A stretch of DNA of 62,091 nt, the filler included, from Globobulimina sp. (taxonomy: Eukaryota), in the NCBI GenBank assembly GCA_003354225.1. It is 28 parts of 28 records of this genome, joined end to end, with 100 filler letters (N's around TTAATTAATTAA, not from the genome) between each part and the next. Parts side by side here need not be neighbours in the genome. Positions count along the whole stretch, not along the records: positions 35,553 to 37,673 come from PIVH01008834.1; positions 37,774 to 39,894 come from PIVH01008835.1; positions 39,995 to 42,115 come from PIVH01008836.1; positions 42,216 to 44,335 come from PIVH01008837.1; positions 44,436 to 46,555 come from PIVH01008838.1; positions 46,656 to 48,775 come from PIVH01008839.1; 22 more parts are not named here. One strand, given 5' to 3'. Below the pieces are notes generated by a model. That model was given only the letters and a program-made list of their open reading frames with translations. It was not told where the DNA came from and searched no databases. Shown piece by piece: positions 35,813 through 46,839 of this stretch. Numbering within the stretch: the stretch's first letter is position 1; each line of letters starts with the position of its first letter. The position numbers and the translations under genes were made by a program.

Positions 35813-37261
35813 ATGAATATTAATCCAAAAAAAACATCATTATCTTTCAACAGATTGCCATATCCACACTCACCGGAAGTACCAAGTCTTGCTCGAACAG
35901 ACTCAAACTACTATTCAACATTACGCAAAAGACGAGCCAAATCGCACAAACACGACACTTTATTAAAATGGAAAATCCCACCCAAAAATTGTTTAATTAT
36001 CAAAAAAATAAACGACGAAACCTGTACTTACGATGCACTCGACGTCGCATTATATTTATTATCCGTAAAAAAAACGAGAATATTTTTCCAGGAAAACAGT
36101 TATAACGAAATCAACCAAATATGCAAACAAAAAGCACCCAAAAAGGACAAAACACGTAAACATATCTTCGACAAATCAGTAAAAATCATGTCTCAAAAAT
36201 ATAAAGCAAGCGTAGGATATCAGGATGACGATACCATTGGAAACAATATCCATCTCTGTGTTGTAGTGGGTGGAGATGGCACTTTATTATATTTAGTATC
36301 GTTATTTCGCGACCATCGCCATGTACCGCCCATTGTGTGTTTCCAAAGGGGTTCGCTGGGCTTTTTAGCCCCATTTCAGATCCAGAATTACGAGGAAACC
36401 TTAACCAAAATATTGGACCAAACCGAGTCTCCCGCGGTTGCCATACGAATGCGATTAACTGCGCGCATTTGGAAGCATCCAGATAATGACTCTGAGTGTC
36501 ATCGAAAGAGCGCCGCTGTCAAAAAACCAGACCATCATTCACATCGATCGTGGAGTAAAGAGGTAATATATCACGACATTGAGCCGGCGCAGTTTTCGCC
36601 GTCCATTTCTGCAGAAATCAAAGAGGAAAACAAGGCCGAGCAAGAGGAAGAAAATCCATTTGAAATCGCCAAGAATACGGATATTTTATTCACGAAAACG
36701 CAAAATATATTCCCGCAACATTCGTGTAATGAGATCATATGCCATGCATTGAACGAGGTGTTGATACACAGAGACAACAGCGCTTCGATGATGACTGCCA
36801 ATTTGTACATTGATGGCGATAAATGTACCACGATCCAGGCGGACGGGATGATTATCAGCACACCGACGGGAAGCACCGCATATAATATCTCGGCGGGCGG
36901 TTCGTTGATTAGTCCCACTGTGCAATGCATTGCATTGACGCCGATCTGTCCGCATACATTGTCTTTTCGCCCCGTGATTGTGTCGGATGAGACTATCATT
37001 CATATTGAAATCCCAAAGTTTGCTCGGTTTAATGCCATTATCTCCTTTGATGGACGCAACCATATTGCTTTGGAGAAAGGCGATGTGGTCGAGATCATAA
37101 AGTGTCCGTATCCGGTGCCTACGTTTAAATCGAGTAGGTTTAATGTGGAGTGGTTTCAAGGCTTGGTCTCCAAATTTAATTGGAATCTCAGGGAAATGCA
37201 AAAACCCTTTGCCGAAAGTAATGATGATTCAAACGCTAAGCAAAAAGACGATGATAAATGA
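35813..37261 (+). CDS. NADK: NAD(+) kinase
   Basis: GGDGT, GSLGFL, ALNE, ADG.IISTPTGSTAY..SAGG, TPICPHTLSFRP. Confidence 0.96.
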   Translation: MNINPKKTSLSFNRLPYPHSPEVPSLARTDSNYYSTLRKRRAKSHKHDTLLKWKIPPKNCLIIKKINDETCTYDALDVALYLLSVKKTRIFFQENSYNEINQICKQKAPKKDKTRKHIFDKSVKIMSQKYKASVGYQDDDTIGNNIHLCVVVGGDGTLLYLVSLFRDHRHVPPIVCFQRGSLGFLAPFQIQNYEETLTKILDQTESPAVAIRMRLTARIWKHPDNDSECHRKSAAVKKPDHHSHRSWSKEVIYHDIEPAQFSPSISAEIKEENKAEQEEENPFEIAKNTDILFTKTQNIFPQHSCNEIICHALNEVLIHRDNSASMMTANLYIDGDKCTTIQADGMIISTPTGSTAYNISAGGSLISPTVQCIALTPICPHTLSFRPVIVSDETIIHIEIPKFARFNAIISFDGRNHIALEKGDVVEIIKCPYPVPTFKSSRFNVEWFQGLVSKFNWNLREMQKPFAESNDDSNAKQKDDDK

Positions 37262-37364
37262 CTGTGTTTTTGTTTTAATTGTAAAGTCTACTGTAAAATA
37301 AAAATGTTATGTTTAGAAACGTTCTGACGCTGAAACATTAAACGCTGTTCCGTCAGAGTCCAAA

Positions 37365-37616
37365 ATGAGTGGGGTAGTGAACGTTGTTGATACTGAAGAA
37401 CACCCCGCTGAAGGACAGTTACGTGGTCATCCAAAAGCCATTACAGATACAAAATTGAAAACATTTATCAATGAAGCATTATTAAATGAAGGAATAACAA
37501 CTGATTTTTTAATGTCACAATCACAATCTCAAATAAACGAAATAGCTCAGGAAGCTTTTCTTCAAATATTGTACCAGCTGATAAATATATTTCCTAGTCC
37601 CCAAAGATGTGCCTAA
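37365..37616 (+). CDS. Short ORF or first exon, SAM-like helical segment
   Basis: L.NEGITTDFL......I.EIA.E pattern. Confidence 0.35.
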   Translation: MSGVVNVVDTEEHPAEGQLRGHPKAITDTKLKTFINEALLNEGITTDFLMSQSQSQINEIAQEAFLQILYQLINIFPSPQRCA

Positions 37617-38036
37617 CACAAATCTGTGCTTCACTCCTTCCAAATATGGGTGGAAGTTTCTGCCATGCTCCACNNNNNNNNNNNNNNNNNNNNNNNNNNN
37701 NNNNNNNNNNNNNNNNNTTAATTAATTAANNNNNNNNNNNNNNNNNNNNNNNNNNNNNNNNNNNNNNNNNNNNGGAAATAAGATATTGCAGATAATTGCG
37801 GGTGTCGCAGCCTCATTATTCTCAATTAATTCCACAGACAGTATAATAATAAAGCGAAGATAAAATAAATCCAGCCACTGCAACAAAAAATGCATTGCGT
37901 TTATTAACATATTTTAGACACATTACGCGTAGACAGCCGTCGGGCAAAACTGGATTGAAAATACTTAAAAAGTTTTTTCACTAACTCTCCCTTCATCAGA
38001 AAGCTATTGTTTCGTAGGCTGATTCTTTATTTTGAA

Positions 38037-38612
38037 ATGTCGACATTCTCTCTGTCATCATCATCCCTATCCAATTTATTTGTGCCTATAGACGGTGAAA
38101 GGAAACAAAACTTTAAAAATGAACAAGAACGTCAGGATTATCTGCATCGATTCGGAGGTGAATTATATCCAAAACACATTTCACGACGAATGTTTATGAC
38201 TTCCTGTATTATGGCCACCGCAGCATTGCAAGCATTGTATTGGGAGTGCTATGCTTTATCATTTTCAATATTTTTAGTGGTTTCAACGTCTGTTAATTTT
38301 TGGAGAAAACCAACAAAAGGAAGAAGACGTAATATTGACATTGTAATTAGTTGTTCGGTGTCGTTGTATCATATGATTTATGCGTTCCATACTATTGACT
38401 TTGGAGCAGCACTCAAATATTGCGTATTAGTTCAGGGTGGTTTGGTACTCTTTGCATTCTCAAAAATGTCGGCAAAGCGTAATCTATTGGATTTAGATTC
38501 GTTTTTTCATTCTTGCATGCATTTATATGGCATATCTGTGAATTGCTGCTTTTATCGCATAGTGTATCAGTATCAATATAATGTTATTAATAGCTCAATC
38601 TATATATCATAA
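38037..38612 (+). CDS. Small multi-pass membrane protein, CREST/haemolysin-III-like
   Basis: About 5 TM helices; TSVNFWR.P....R..D and C-terminal HSCMH. Confidence 0.5.
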   Translation: MSTFSLSSSSLSNLFVPIDGERKQNFKNEQERQDYLHRFGGELYPKHISRRMFMTSCIMATAALQALYWECYALSFSIFLVVSTSVNFWRKPTKGRRRNIDIVISCSVSLYHMIYAFHTIDFGAALKYCVLVQGGLVLFAFSKMSAKRNLLDLDSFFHSCMHLYGISVNCCFYRIVYQYQYNVINSSIYIS

Positions 38613-39071
38613 TGAAACAAGGAAATGTATCAATTTCTGAGTAGTTCAAGCATGGTTATTCATCTTTTTTAATAACTTGAAAATTGACTATTTTGATATT
38701 TATGCAAAATTTAATTGTTGTTTTTGTTGTCTGTATTTGTAATATTGCACGATACGTGTTGTTGCGTGCTATGTGTGCAATGATAGCAAGGATGCAGCTG
38801 TCCGTTATTTTTTTTTTCCGAGGAAGAAGTAATCTGACTCCATATTTAAATTAAAGTTCGAGTTCAAACACTATTCATTTGTGAACAACCGCAAAAAATT
38901 GTTGATACCAAAAACTGAAAAATGATAACTATTCATCAACAAATATGCGCAACAATATCATCAATAACAAATAATATTTGTTTCAATGAGTCGGCTTGGA
39001 ATTGTACCAATAAATCAAGACATGAAATATTACAAAAAAAATGAAGTATATTTTTTTTTGTTTGAAGATCC

Positions 39072-39894
39072 TCAATTCTGTACAAAAAATTGAATTTCAT
39101 CCGATGCCGCAACATTTGAGACAGAGGAAAGTAAATCCCATGACAATGCAATTGCCATTTGACAACTTGGTGATGTTAATCTAAGCGTTCTATATCCATT
39201 GGAAAACGATTTAATATTTAAATTATATGTAGTACCACTTGAAACCGTTGTAATTTTATTATTATCCACATAAATATCCATGGATGAACTGCTACATTTC
39301 CCTAAAACCACCCATTTAACCTGAACCACACCGCCATTATACGCTTTACTATATGTTGACCATGGCACGGGATTAAATATTCCCAGAAAATATGAATTTG
39401 TTTTAACATTCACATTATACAATATAGCTTTTAATATGTTAAGTGCTCGAAAGCCCCATCCACCGCAATACGCATCATGTGGTCTTTTATACGCGCCCTG
39501 AGCTCCACATTGCGTTAACGAGGTTGGTTCCAAATCATTTCCTAAGGTTGAATTATAAATATCTAAATATGCATAATTTGGGTCGTTATTCGTCGATCTC
39601 ATCGCAAACTCATTCCATTGATTTACAAATAATAATTGCGGTGAATATTCCGCAGCAGTTATACCTTCATCGAGTAAGGTGGCCCAATTATTTGTGGCCA
39701 TGGCCTGTGTAGGCGACAACCATCCACCTTGACTGCCAAAATAAGACGTTGTGATAGTTAATGCCTGAATTTGGAAATGGTATTCTTAAAATGGTCGAAC
39801 TTTTACCTGTGGTCGACACATATTGTAATGCTTGATCAGCTCCCCATTGATCACCATTTAAAAATGGCCAAACTGTATTGGTATGTCGTCCATC
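39072..39894 (-). CDS. Putative glycoside-hydrolase-like protein with C-terminal beta domain, 5'-partial
   Basis: LFVNQWNEF...D.YN...GNDLEP...G motif reminiscent of GH71/GH99-like TIM barrels; upstream exon structure unresolved. Confidence 0.4.
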
Positions 39895-40078
39895 NNNNNN
39901 NNNNNNNNNNNNNNNNNNNNNNNNNNNNNNNNNNNNNNTTAATTAATTAANNNNNNNNNNNNNNNNNNNNNNNNNNNNNNNNNNNNNNNNNNNNAAATTG
40001 TTGCAATCGATTTTTAAAAAAAATCATATTCAAAACTCTTTAGGACTGAAATAAATTGATTCTAAATCGACCGATTCA

Positions 40079-40181
40079 TATAGGCATTTTTGCTTTATCT
40101 TAAAAATCTATTTTCTAAGGGAAAAAAACTGATTTTTTCTGTTTAAAAACAGATTTTTACGATAAAGCAAAAATGCCTATA
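40079..40181. mobile_element. 103-bp foldback/MITE-like element with 36-bp inverted arms
   Basis: tataggcatttttgctttatcttaaaaatctatttt matches the reverse complement of the right arm with 2 mismatches; the same arm recurs at 46806..46839 on another contig. Confidence 0.75.
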
Positions 40182-40263
40182 CACATCATCAACAGAATCA
40201 AAGAATGCAAAACAATGTACTTGTAACAAATGTAAAAAGAAAATTACTGACATAATGAGTATT

Positions 40264-41484
40264 CTATAAACAAGAACCGTAGTCTTTTAACTTGCACTGT
40301 GACCTGGAACGAAGCATAAATCCTTGTTTGATGATATTTAATTTTGATTCCTGAAACCAATTTTGTTGTTCTGTACTGTAAAGAAAACAAATATTATTTG
40401 GATATGCAAATTCATTAAATCTAGCACCAAATTGTTGATCGCCAATAAACGTATCCATTCTTAATCCGTAGCATCCAAATTGTTTCGCCGCAAACTCTGC
40501 ATTGTACACTAACTGCCACCATGTCTTCTCATCTAAATATTTATCCAAAAAATATTGTGTAACATCAATAACTGAATCATTCTGCAGCAAAAATTTACGA
40601 TCTCTCGTTAGTATTTCAGTACTTTTATCAAATGTGATTGATGCATAATAAACACTCCCCCAAATTATAAAGATTCTCAATTCTACTGGTTTAGACCACG
40701 ACTCATCTGAAAAAGTTGGATATTGTTCCTCAAGTATAATTCCTGGTGTTTGGTTTGGAACAGTTATATGCAACAATAATTCCTTGTGTTGAGATTCAAA
40801 TGTTCTGAACCACTCTGTGATATCCTTCTGCAGCCAATAGTCCATATATCCCAAGTCATCATCGTATACATTTCTTTGTATTAGTTTTGATTGTGATAAA
40901 TGTGATGGTTTCATAATGAATTTGGCATTTGGATTTCTTCGCAAAATGTTGCGTGCTTTCAATAATGTTTCAACATGTGTACTACCATAACAGTTGAATC
41001 GATTCTTTGACGTTAATGTATACCAAAAGGAATTGTACTCATTGAGTGTGAGAGATAGAATTCTTGGCAAGACATGGAAAATGATTTGATGCTTGTCTGA
41101 ATCAATGGAATTGTTGTATTTGTTTATCCATTCTCGAGTGTAAATTTTATTTTCTACATTGAATAATCTTGATTGGGTGTCAATATTCCCAGTTTCCTCT
41201 TCTTTTGGAAGGGATGTTACTAATTCTGTTTCATAGTGTCGTAATTCACAACTTGTAATATTGTACATATCACTTGTGTTTATCAATTTTCTGATATCAA
41301 AGTCTGGATGCAGATGAAATGAGGAAATTATATTCGAAAATTTGTACAAAAATGAGTCGACAGAGTAGTTAGTTTGATAGGAATAATGATCAGTGAGATG
41401 GATCCATTTCGATGAACTTGTAACCAGAGCAATCAGTATTATCAGTGTGAATTGATTTTGGTATTTAAAGTTACAGCAGAGCAT
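40264..41484 (-). CDS. ATP-grasp protein (TupA-like) with N-terminal signal/anchor
   Basis: FIMKPSHLSQS, GIILEEQY, ELRIFIIWG, LRMDTF, FNEF; hydrophobic FTLIILIALV. Confidence 0.7.
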   Translation of the reverse strand: MLCCNFKYQNQFTLIILIALVTSSSKWIHLTDHYSYQTNYSVDSFLYKFSNIISSFHLHPDFDIRKLINTSDMYNITSCELRHYETELVTSLPKEEETGNIDTQSRLFNVENKIYTREWINKYNNSIDSDKHQIIFHVLPRILSLTLNEYNSFWYTLTSKNRFNCYGSTHVETLLKARNILRRNPNAKFIMKPSHLSQSKLIQRNVYDDDLGYMDYWLQKDITEWFRTFESQHKELLLHITVPNQTPGIILEEQYPTFSDESWSKPVELRIFIIWGSVYYASITFDKSTEILTRDRKFLLQNDSVIDVTQYFLDKYLDEKTWWQLVYNAEFAAKQFGCYGLRMDTFIGDQQFGARFNEFAYPNNICFLYSTEQQNWFQESKLNIIKQGFMLRSRSQCKLKDYGSCL

Positions 41485-41913
41485 TCTTTAATTTTTGAAA
41501 CTAACTATTTGATGCATCTTCTCATCTTCACAGTTTTTTGAATCGCCGACATTTTGGCGGTGTTTTTACATTTTTATGCAAACGTTTATCTGGCAGCTGT
41601 TATTTTTCACATAATGTCCTCCATTTCTATCCGACTTGCCAATACAACCTTGTTTCGTACCTGTATTATTAAAAAAATACAACAACGTTGAAAACTAAAG
41701 ACCTCCGCAAAAAACGCAAAGGCTAAAGACCAGTCAGTATAGGAATAGGAATAGGAGAGTATAGTATTAGTATAATGACAAATTAAATGTGTGAAATTGC
41801 AATTAAATAAATTGTAGAAATGAAAGAGAAAAAGCACACCAAACAAAACAAAAATATGTTAATTATTTTTTAATTGTTATTTTAATATGTTTTTGATTGG
41901 TGATGGATTTGGA

Positions 41914-42114
41914 TTAATATCTATTTGCAGACTGCATATATTCTTTCCAAGATTTAATATGTAAAAATTCGCCATCAAAAGCAAATTCATAAGATTTTAA
42001 ATATTTCTTTGCTAATGAAGTGACAAACAATTTTGCTAATTTAATGTTTGAGATTAGCGGCACATTCAAATCCACCGATTTGCGTCGCAATTGCTAGCCA
42101 TCGGTCTTATTTTC
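41914..42114 (-). CDS. Carbamoyl-phosphate synthetase C-terminus (MGS-like domain), 5'-partial, with in-frame TAG at 42094..42096
   Basis: Manual translation ENKTDG*QLRRKSVDLNVPLISNIKLAKLFVTSL...HIKSWKEYMQSANRY*; absent from the ORF track. Confidence 0.8.
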
Positions 42115-42215
42115 ANNNNNNNNNNNNNNNNNNNNNNNNNNNNNNNNNNNNNNNNNNNNTTAATTAATTAANNNNNNNNNNNNNNNNNNNNNNNNNNNNN
42201 NNNNNNNNNNNNNNN

Positions 42216-44335
42216 AATATTATAATCAGTCATGGTATGTTATAGACATTGCAGCAGATACATCAATGACATATGAATTAAATATTTCAATACATAAATT
42301 ATGTGTTATTGTGGATGACAAAATATCGGAAATATCAAATCAAGACATTTTAGTGTATACTGACGGTATTATCTCCATAGATTTGTCACAATTTAAGCAA
42401 TATTTAACAAATAAAATACACAAAATATTATATGATTTAAGCAAGAAATTAATTGTTTTGTTATTTGATGAATTTATTATTTGGATTTCCATTAAAAGTG
42501 ATCTAAATAAACCGTTGTATGTTTTATCATTAATACCAATGCCAAATGATAAAAATATCAAATTCAAAGATATGGTATTTCTGTTGAATAAAATGTTGGT
42601 TGCGGTGATTACAAATCATGGTTCGATTATATTTTATCAACGATTATCAGAAAAACCAATTCCATTAAATTACCATCAAAATAATACATGCGAAAATATA
42701 TTAACTATCGCTTGGAAAAAAATATCTGATCTACATTCCAAAAATTCATATAAATCACATAATTTACATTCAATCAATGATTCAAAATTATTTTTCAGTA
42801 ATGGTCATACTATGATTCATTACAAAATTCAAAATTTTAAGCTCAAATATTTTGCATTAAATTGGTTGCCATTTATTCAAAGTAATATGCAATTGAACGA
42901 TTTGAATGAATATGATGTTACTGATCAAGAATTAACATTAATTCGCAACATTTTATGTTTCAAAATGCGACAAGTATTGAAATCCGATGAAACCGACACT
43001 TGTTTGATGGACTCCTTGCTATGGTTTATAAATTGTGACAGTGTTTGGCAATATATATTTATTGATGTTATCAAAAATAATCAAAATGCACTGAAAAATG
43101 AAAACATATTGAAAATAATCAAAATATGCAACAATTATTTTGATTGGGTTTCAAAGTGTTTGGAAGTTGAAATAAATGCATTTTATCAAGAAATTGAAAC
43201 GCTGATTGATAAAAATGGTATTGGTGTTTTACAATTTAATTGGAAGGAGTTGTTTTGTGCGGATTATGTGGACAATAATAACTCGACAATATGCAATAAA
43301 TTATATTCTAATATTATTCTTTTAATGTTTGAAGATCCAAAAAAAATTGTAACCAATCAACAAATTGACAATTTAATCGATATTCTGTGGAAAATATCAA
43401 AATTAAATCAGATTTATAGGAAAAATAATCCACAAATATCGAAAATAAACATTTTACCATTGGACTGTATAAATAATAAAACCTCACAAATAGAAAAATT
43501 AAAAAAATGGATGGATTTACAATTAAATGACATTATGAATGAAATGAATGTCAACAAACAAGAAGCGACAAATAAACAAGAATTTGCAAATTTTTTTTGG
43601 AAAAAAATATCTGAAAATCAACAGAATTTAATCGTAAATAATAAAACAAAAACTGATGATATAATTCATAATTTGATTGATATTATTTCTTTAAATATTG
43701 GTAATCGGAAACAATTTAAACAAAATCTGAAAATTAGTAAAATACCATTACTGTCAATATATTGTAATGGTGAAAGAGAAGAATATTATAATTCAGAAAT
43801 AGAACTTGAAGAAATTGAACAAATTGAAGAGAAATCAAAATATGATTCGTCATCTCCGCAAATTGAAACAATTGAAGAGAAATCAAAATGTGATTCAGCA
43901 TCTCCACAAATCGGAATAGAATTGAAATTACAAACAGATGTTGCTCAGTTTACAAATGTGGCACAACAAAAATCAATCGAATCAACACCAAATACTCCAA
44001 TTACAACAAATAAATTACTATTAAATGAGCAAGTAAATAATGCGGAAATAGGAATTATAGGATATAATGAATCCAATTGCAAAGAGAGCAGAGATAACAT
44101 GGATATAAAAATGAATTTTGACGACATTGCTGCGTATGTTCCGGAAAAATATATTCTTGACCGCTTAGCAAATAAATTAACAAAACAAGAATTAATACAA
44201 ATATTTGCCAAAAAAATTGAAATTAAACAAAATAAAAATAATCAAAACACTGAGCACCAAACCACAAAATGGAAATTAATTAAATATGATAAACATAACA
44301 ATATCATTGCAAATAAACAAATTTCATCAAAAATG
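42216..44335 (+). CDS. Large hypothetical protein fragment
   Basis: About 700-codon uninterrupted ORF in very AT-rich DNA; internal 16-aa duplication (IEEKSK.DS.SPQI). Confidence 0.7.
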
Positions 44336-44447
44336 NNNNNNNNNNNNNNNNNNNNNNNNNNNNNNNNNNNNNNNNNNNNTTAATTAATTAANNNNNNNNN
44401 NNNNNNNNNNNNNNNNNNNNNNNNNNNNNNNNNNNAGATTTAATAAA

Positions 44448-44577
44448 TACTTTAGAATAGGACCTGTTTGAAATAAATACTTTAGAAAGTCGTTTTGTTA
44501 GGAGATGGGATGACCTCTCCATAGGTTTTAAAATTTTTCTAAAACGCAGTGTTTCAAACAGGTCCTATTCTAAAGTA
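44448..44577. mobile_element. 130-bp MITE-like element, perfect 26-bp terminal inverted repeat (outer TA possibly a TSD)
   Basis: tactttagaataggacctgtttgaaa (44448-44473) and tttcaaacaggtcctattctaaagta (44552-44577). Confidence 0.75.
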
Positions 44578-44613
44578 AAACAAACATAAAACATACAGAC
44601 ATAAAATACATAA

Positions 44614-44855
44614 ACGATATATTCCAAAAGATAAACCCCCCTCCCCTGGTCGATAAGTTGTATACATTTTATTCAATTATCTGAGAAACGCTTTTCAGAT
44701 CCAGAAACGGTTTGCTATAGGTTTGTCTTGTGTTTGTTCTGGGTTTGTTATAACTTTGTCTTGGGTTTGCAAATCCATAACAAAGTCAGAACAAATTTAT
44801 AATTGAATTTTCGGTATACAAAGGGGGAGGGGGGTTATCTTTTGGAATATATCGT
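44614..44855. mobile_element. 242-bp MITE-like element flanked by TAA/TAA (PIF/Harbinger-type TSD)
   Basis: TIR acgatatattccaaaagataa + C-tract against G-tract + ttatcttttggaatatatcgt; subterminal inverted tgtatac...attcaattat; TAA at 44611-44613 and 44856-44858. Confidence 0.75.
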
Positions 44856-45356
44856 TAAATTACTGTATTGTAAAATGATTTTTTAAAGCTAGACTTAATA
44901 ATATTTTTCTTCATAAAAATTGAGAATTTTGCATAAAAGTTATTCTTTTCAATCATAATATCTTGTTTCAATCTATCCACTTTATATTTTAATGCCGCAT
45001 TGCATGTATGTTTAACTTTGGTACTGATTCAAAAAATATGATAAAACTAAAAAAATATTGATATAAAAGTGCTCTTTCTGAAATAATGACAACATTTCGG
45101 AATTTAATAAACGTGATTGACATCATCCGTCTGTGCAAATTTCATAAATGTAATTTCAAGTATACAGTATGTGTAATTAGGTAATTAGATATAACATAAT
45201 TAACATATGATCCTATTACTTCCTGAGTCAGTTTGCATTACAATATTTACAGTGCAAACACACAAAAACAAATAAAAAAAAAAATAGGTATCACAGTCTA
45301 AGGAACATATTTACAGAAATAATTCATATAAAAAGGTAATTATGTGTATTTTGCCA

Positions 45357-46499
45357 TTATCTAAATGTACATTTTAATGCAGTTTTCCATTCACTTTTAA
45401 TAGTTCCAATACAAACCATTTGTATATTTTTGAGCCATCCTTCATCGAAATAGGTGCGGTACGAAGTCACATTGCCATAGAATCTGTACTGATAATCGCC
45501 GTCACTCTTAGCCATAGCACTTAATTTTTCTACTTTTTTGCGTTTCTTATCAAATGCTTTCTTTTTTTTAATTTCCTCGAATAAATATCGATCCACGCTG
45601 TCCGGTCGCATGACTTCCATCGTAGTTTGATTCGTAAACAACAAATAAAAATGAAAGCCGGTTAAGCCAATGATTGAAAATAAAAACATGAACATTGCGA
45701 TAAAAAATATGATGCGAAAAATCCATCCAGTCACAGAATGTTTGTATAAAACAAAATGATTTGTATGAATGTCGTGAATGGAGATGACAAATAAGGTATT
45801 TATTGCCATATAAAAGGACCATAAAACAACCACCGATTGGAATATAAGAAAGACAATAAAATATCGATAATTTCCAGCTGCGATACAGTTCCCCAACAAC
45901 GGACAATGATGGTCGAATTTGGTGATGCATTTGCCGCAGAAAAAACAATGCTTGCTACGAATGGGCCGTATAAAATGACATTGCTCGCAATAGTTGGAAG
46001 GCCACGAAGACTCAAACTCGCGGTCGATTATAATGTTGCGATTATAGCTTGGCAGAGACGAAACTACCTTGAAATGTTTATGTTTGTCATTGCTTAGGTT
46101 ATTGGCGTCGACTTGGATATATTTACAATTAGGCATGACATCATCATCGATATCTGAATCGACCATATCTAACATTAATTGTTGTTCGTCCTCTTCATTG
46201 TTACTGGTGTTGCTCAAAGAGACATAGCCGGGATCGCTTAATGAGGTTAGAAAGTAGCAGATGGAGGCAATTAATTGCAGTGTATGGAAGATAACATTGA
46301 TATAATACTTATTTTCACGGATATATTGATTTAATAGGGAGTCTTTAAACAAATACAATAATCCGACACCAGTAGAATTCCATAATACATACTCACAACG
46401 CGACCAATAAGCACGTAAACGTGAATATAATATACGTTGCTCGACTGCAGATGATGGTGGTGATTGTATTGCTGTTTGGCAATCTGTTAGGAGTTGCAT
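45357..46499 (-). CDS. DHHC palmitoyl-acyltransferase
   Basis: SDPG, C..C...RP.RSKHC..C..C..KFDHHCP..GNCI...N.RYF, NQTT.E. Confidence 0.96.
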   Translation of the reverse strand: MQLLTDCQTAIQSPPSSAVEQRILYSRLRAYWSRCEYVLWNSTGVGLLYLFKDSLLNQYIRENKYYINVIFHTLQLIASICYFLTSLSDPGYVSLSNTSNNEEDEQQLMLDMVDSDIDDDVMPNCKYIQVDANNLSNDKHKHFKVVSSLPSYNRNIIIDREFESSWPSNYCEQCHFIRPIRSKHCFFCGKCITKFDHHCPLLGNCIAAGNYRYFIVFLIFQSVVVLWSFYMAINTLFVISIHDIHTNHFVLYKHSVTGWIFRIIFFIAMFMFLFSIIGLTGFHFYLLFTNQTTMEVMRPDSVDRYLFEEIKKKKAFDKKRKKVEKLSAMAKSDGDYQYRFYGNVTSYRTYFDEGWLKNIQMVCIGTIKSEWKTALKCTFR

Positions 46500-46805
46500 C
46501 CAAGTTGAGCTAGTTTCAAAGTAGAGTTTAGAAAAATAGGGGCTTCAGAGTAGGGNNNNNNNNNNNNNNNNNNNNNNNNNNNNNNNNNNNNNNNNNNNNT
46601 TAATTAATTAANNNNNNNNNNNNNNNNNNNNNNNNNNNNNNNNNNNNNNNNNNNNGCATTTCAAACTAAAAAAGAATGTATTATTGCTTATTTTATATTT
46701 CCTGTGTGTTACTTTTGGATGTTTATTTGTTTTATTTTAAGGAAATTGAATGTTGGTCGTTGGGATGTTTGATGGGTTTGACATTTGTAAATAAATAAAT
46801 AATAT

Positions 46806-46839
46806 TAGGCATTTTTGCTTTATCATAAAAATCTATTTT
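46806..46839. repeat. Solo arm of the 40079..40181 element
   Basis: taggcatttttgctttatcataaaaatctatttt, 33/34 identical to 40081..40114. Confidence 0.85.
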
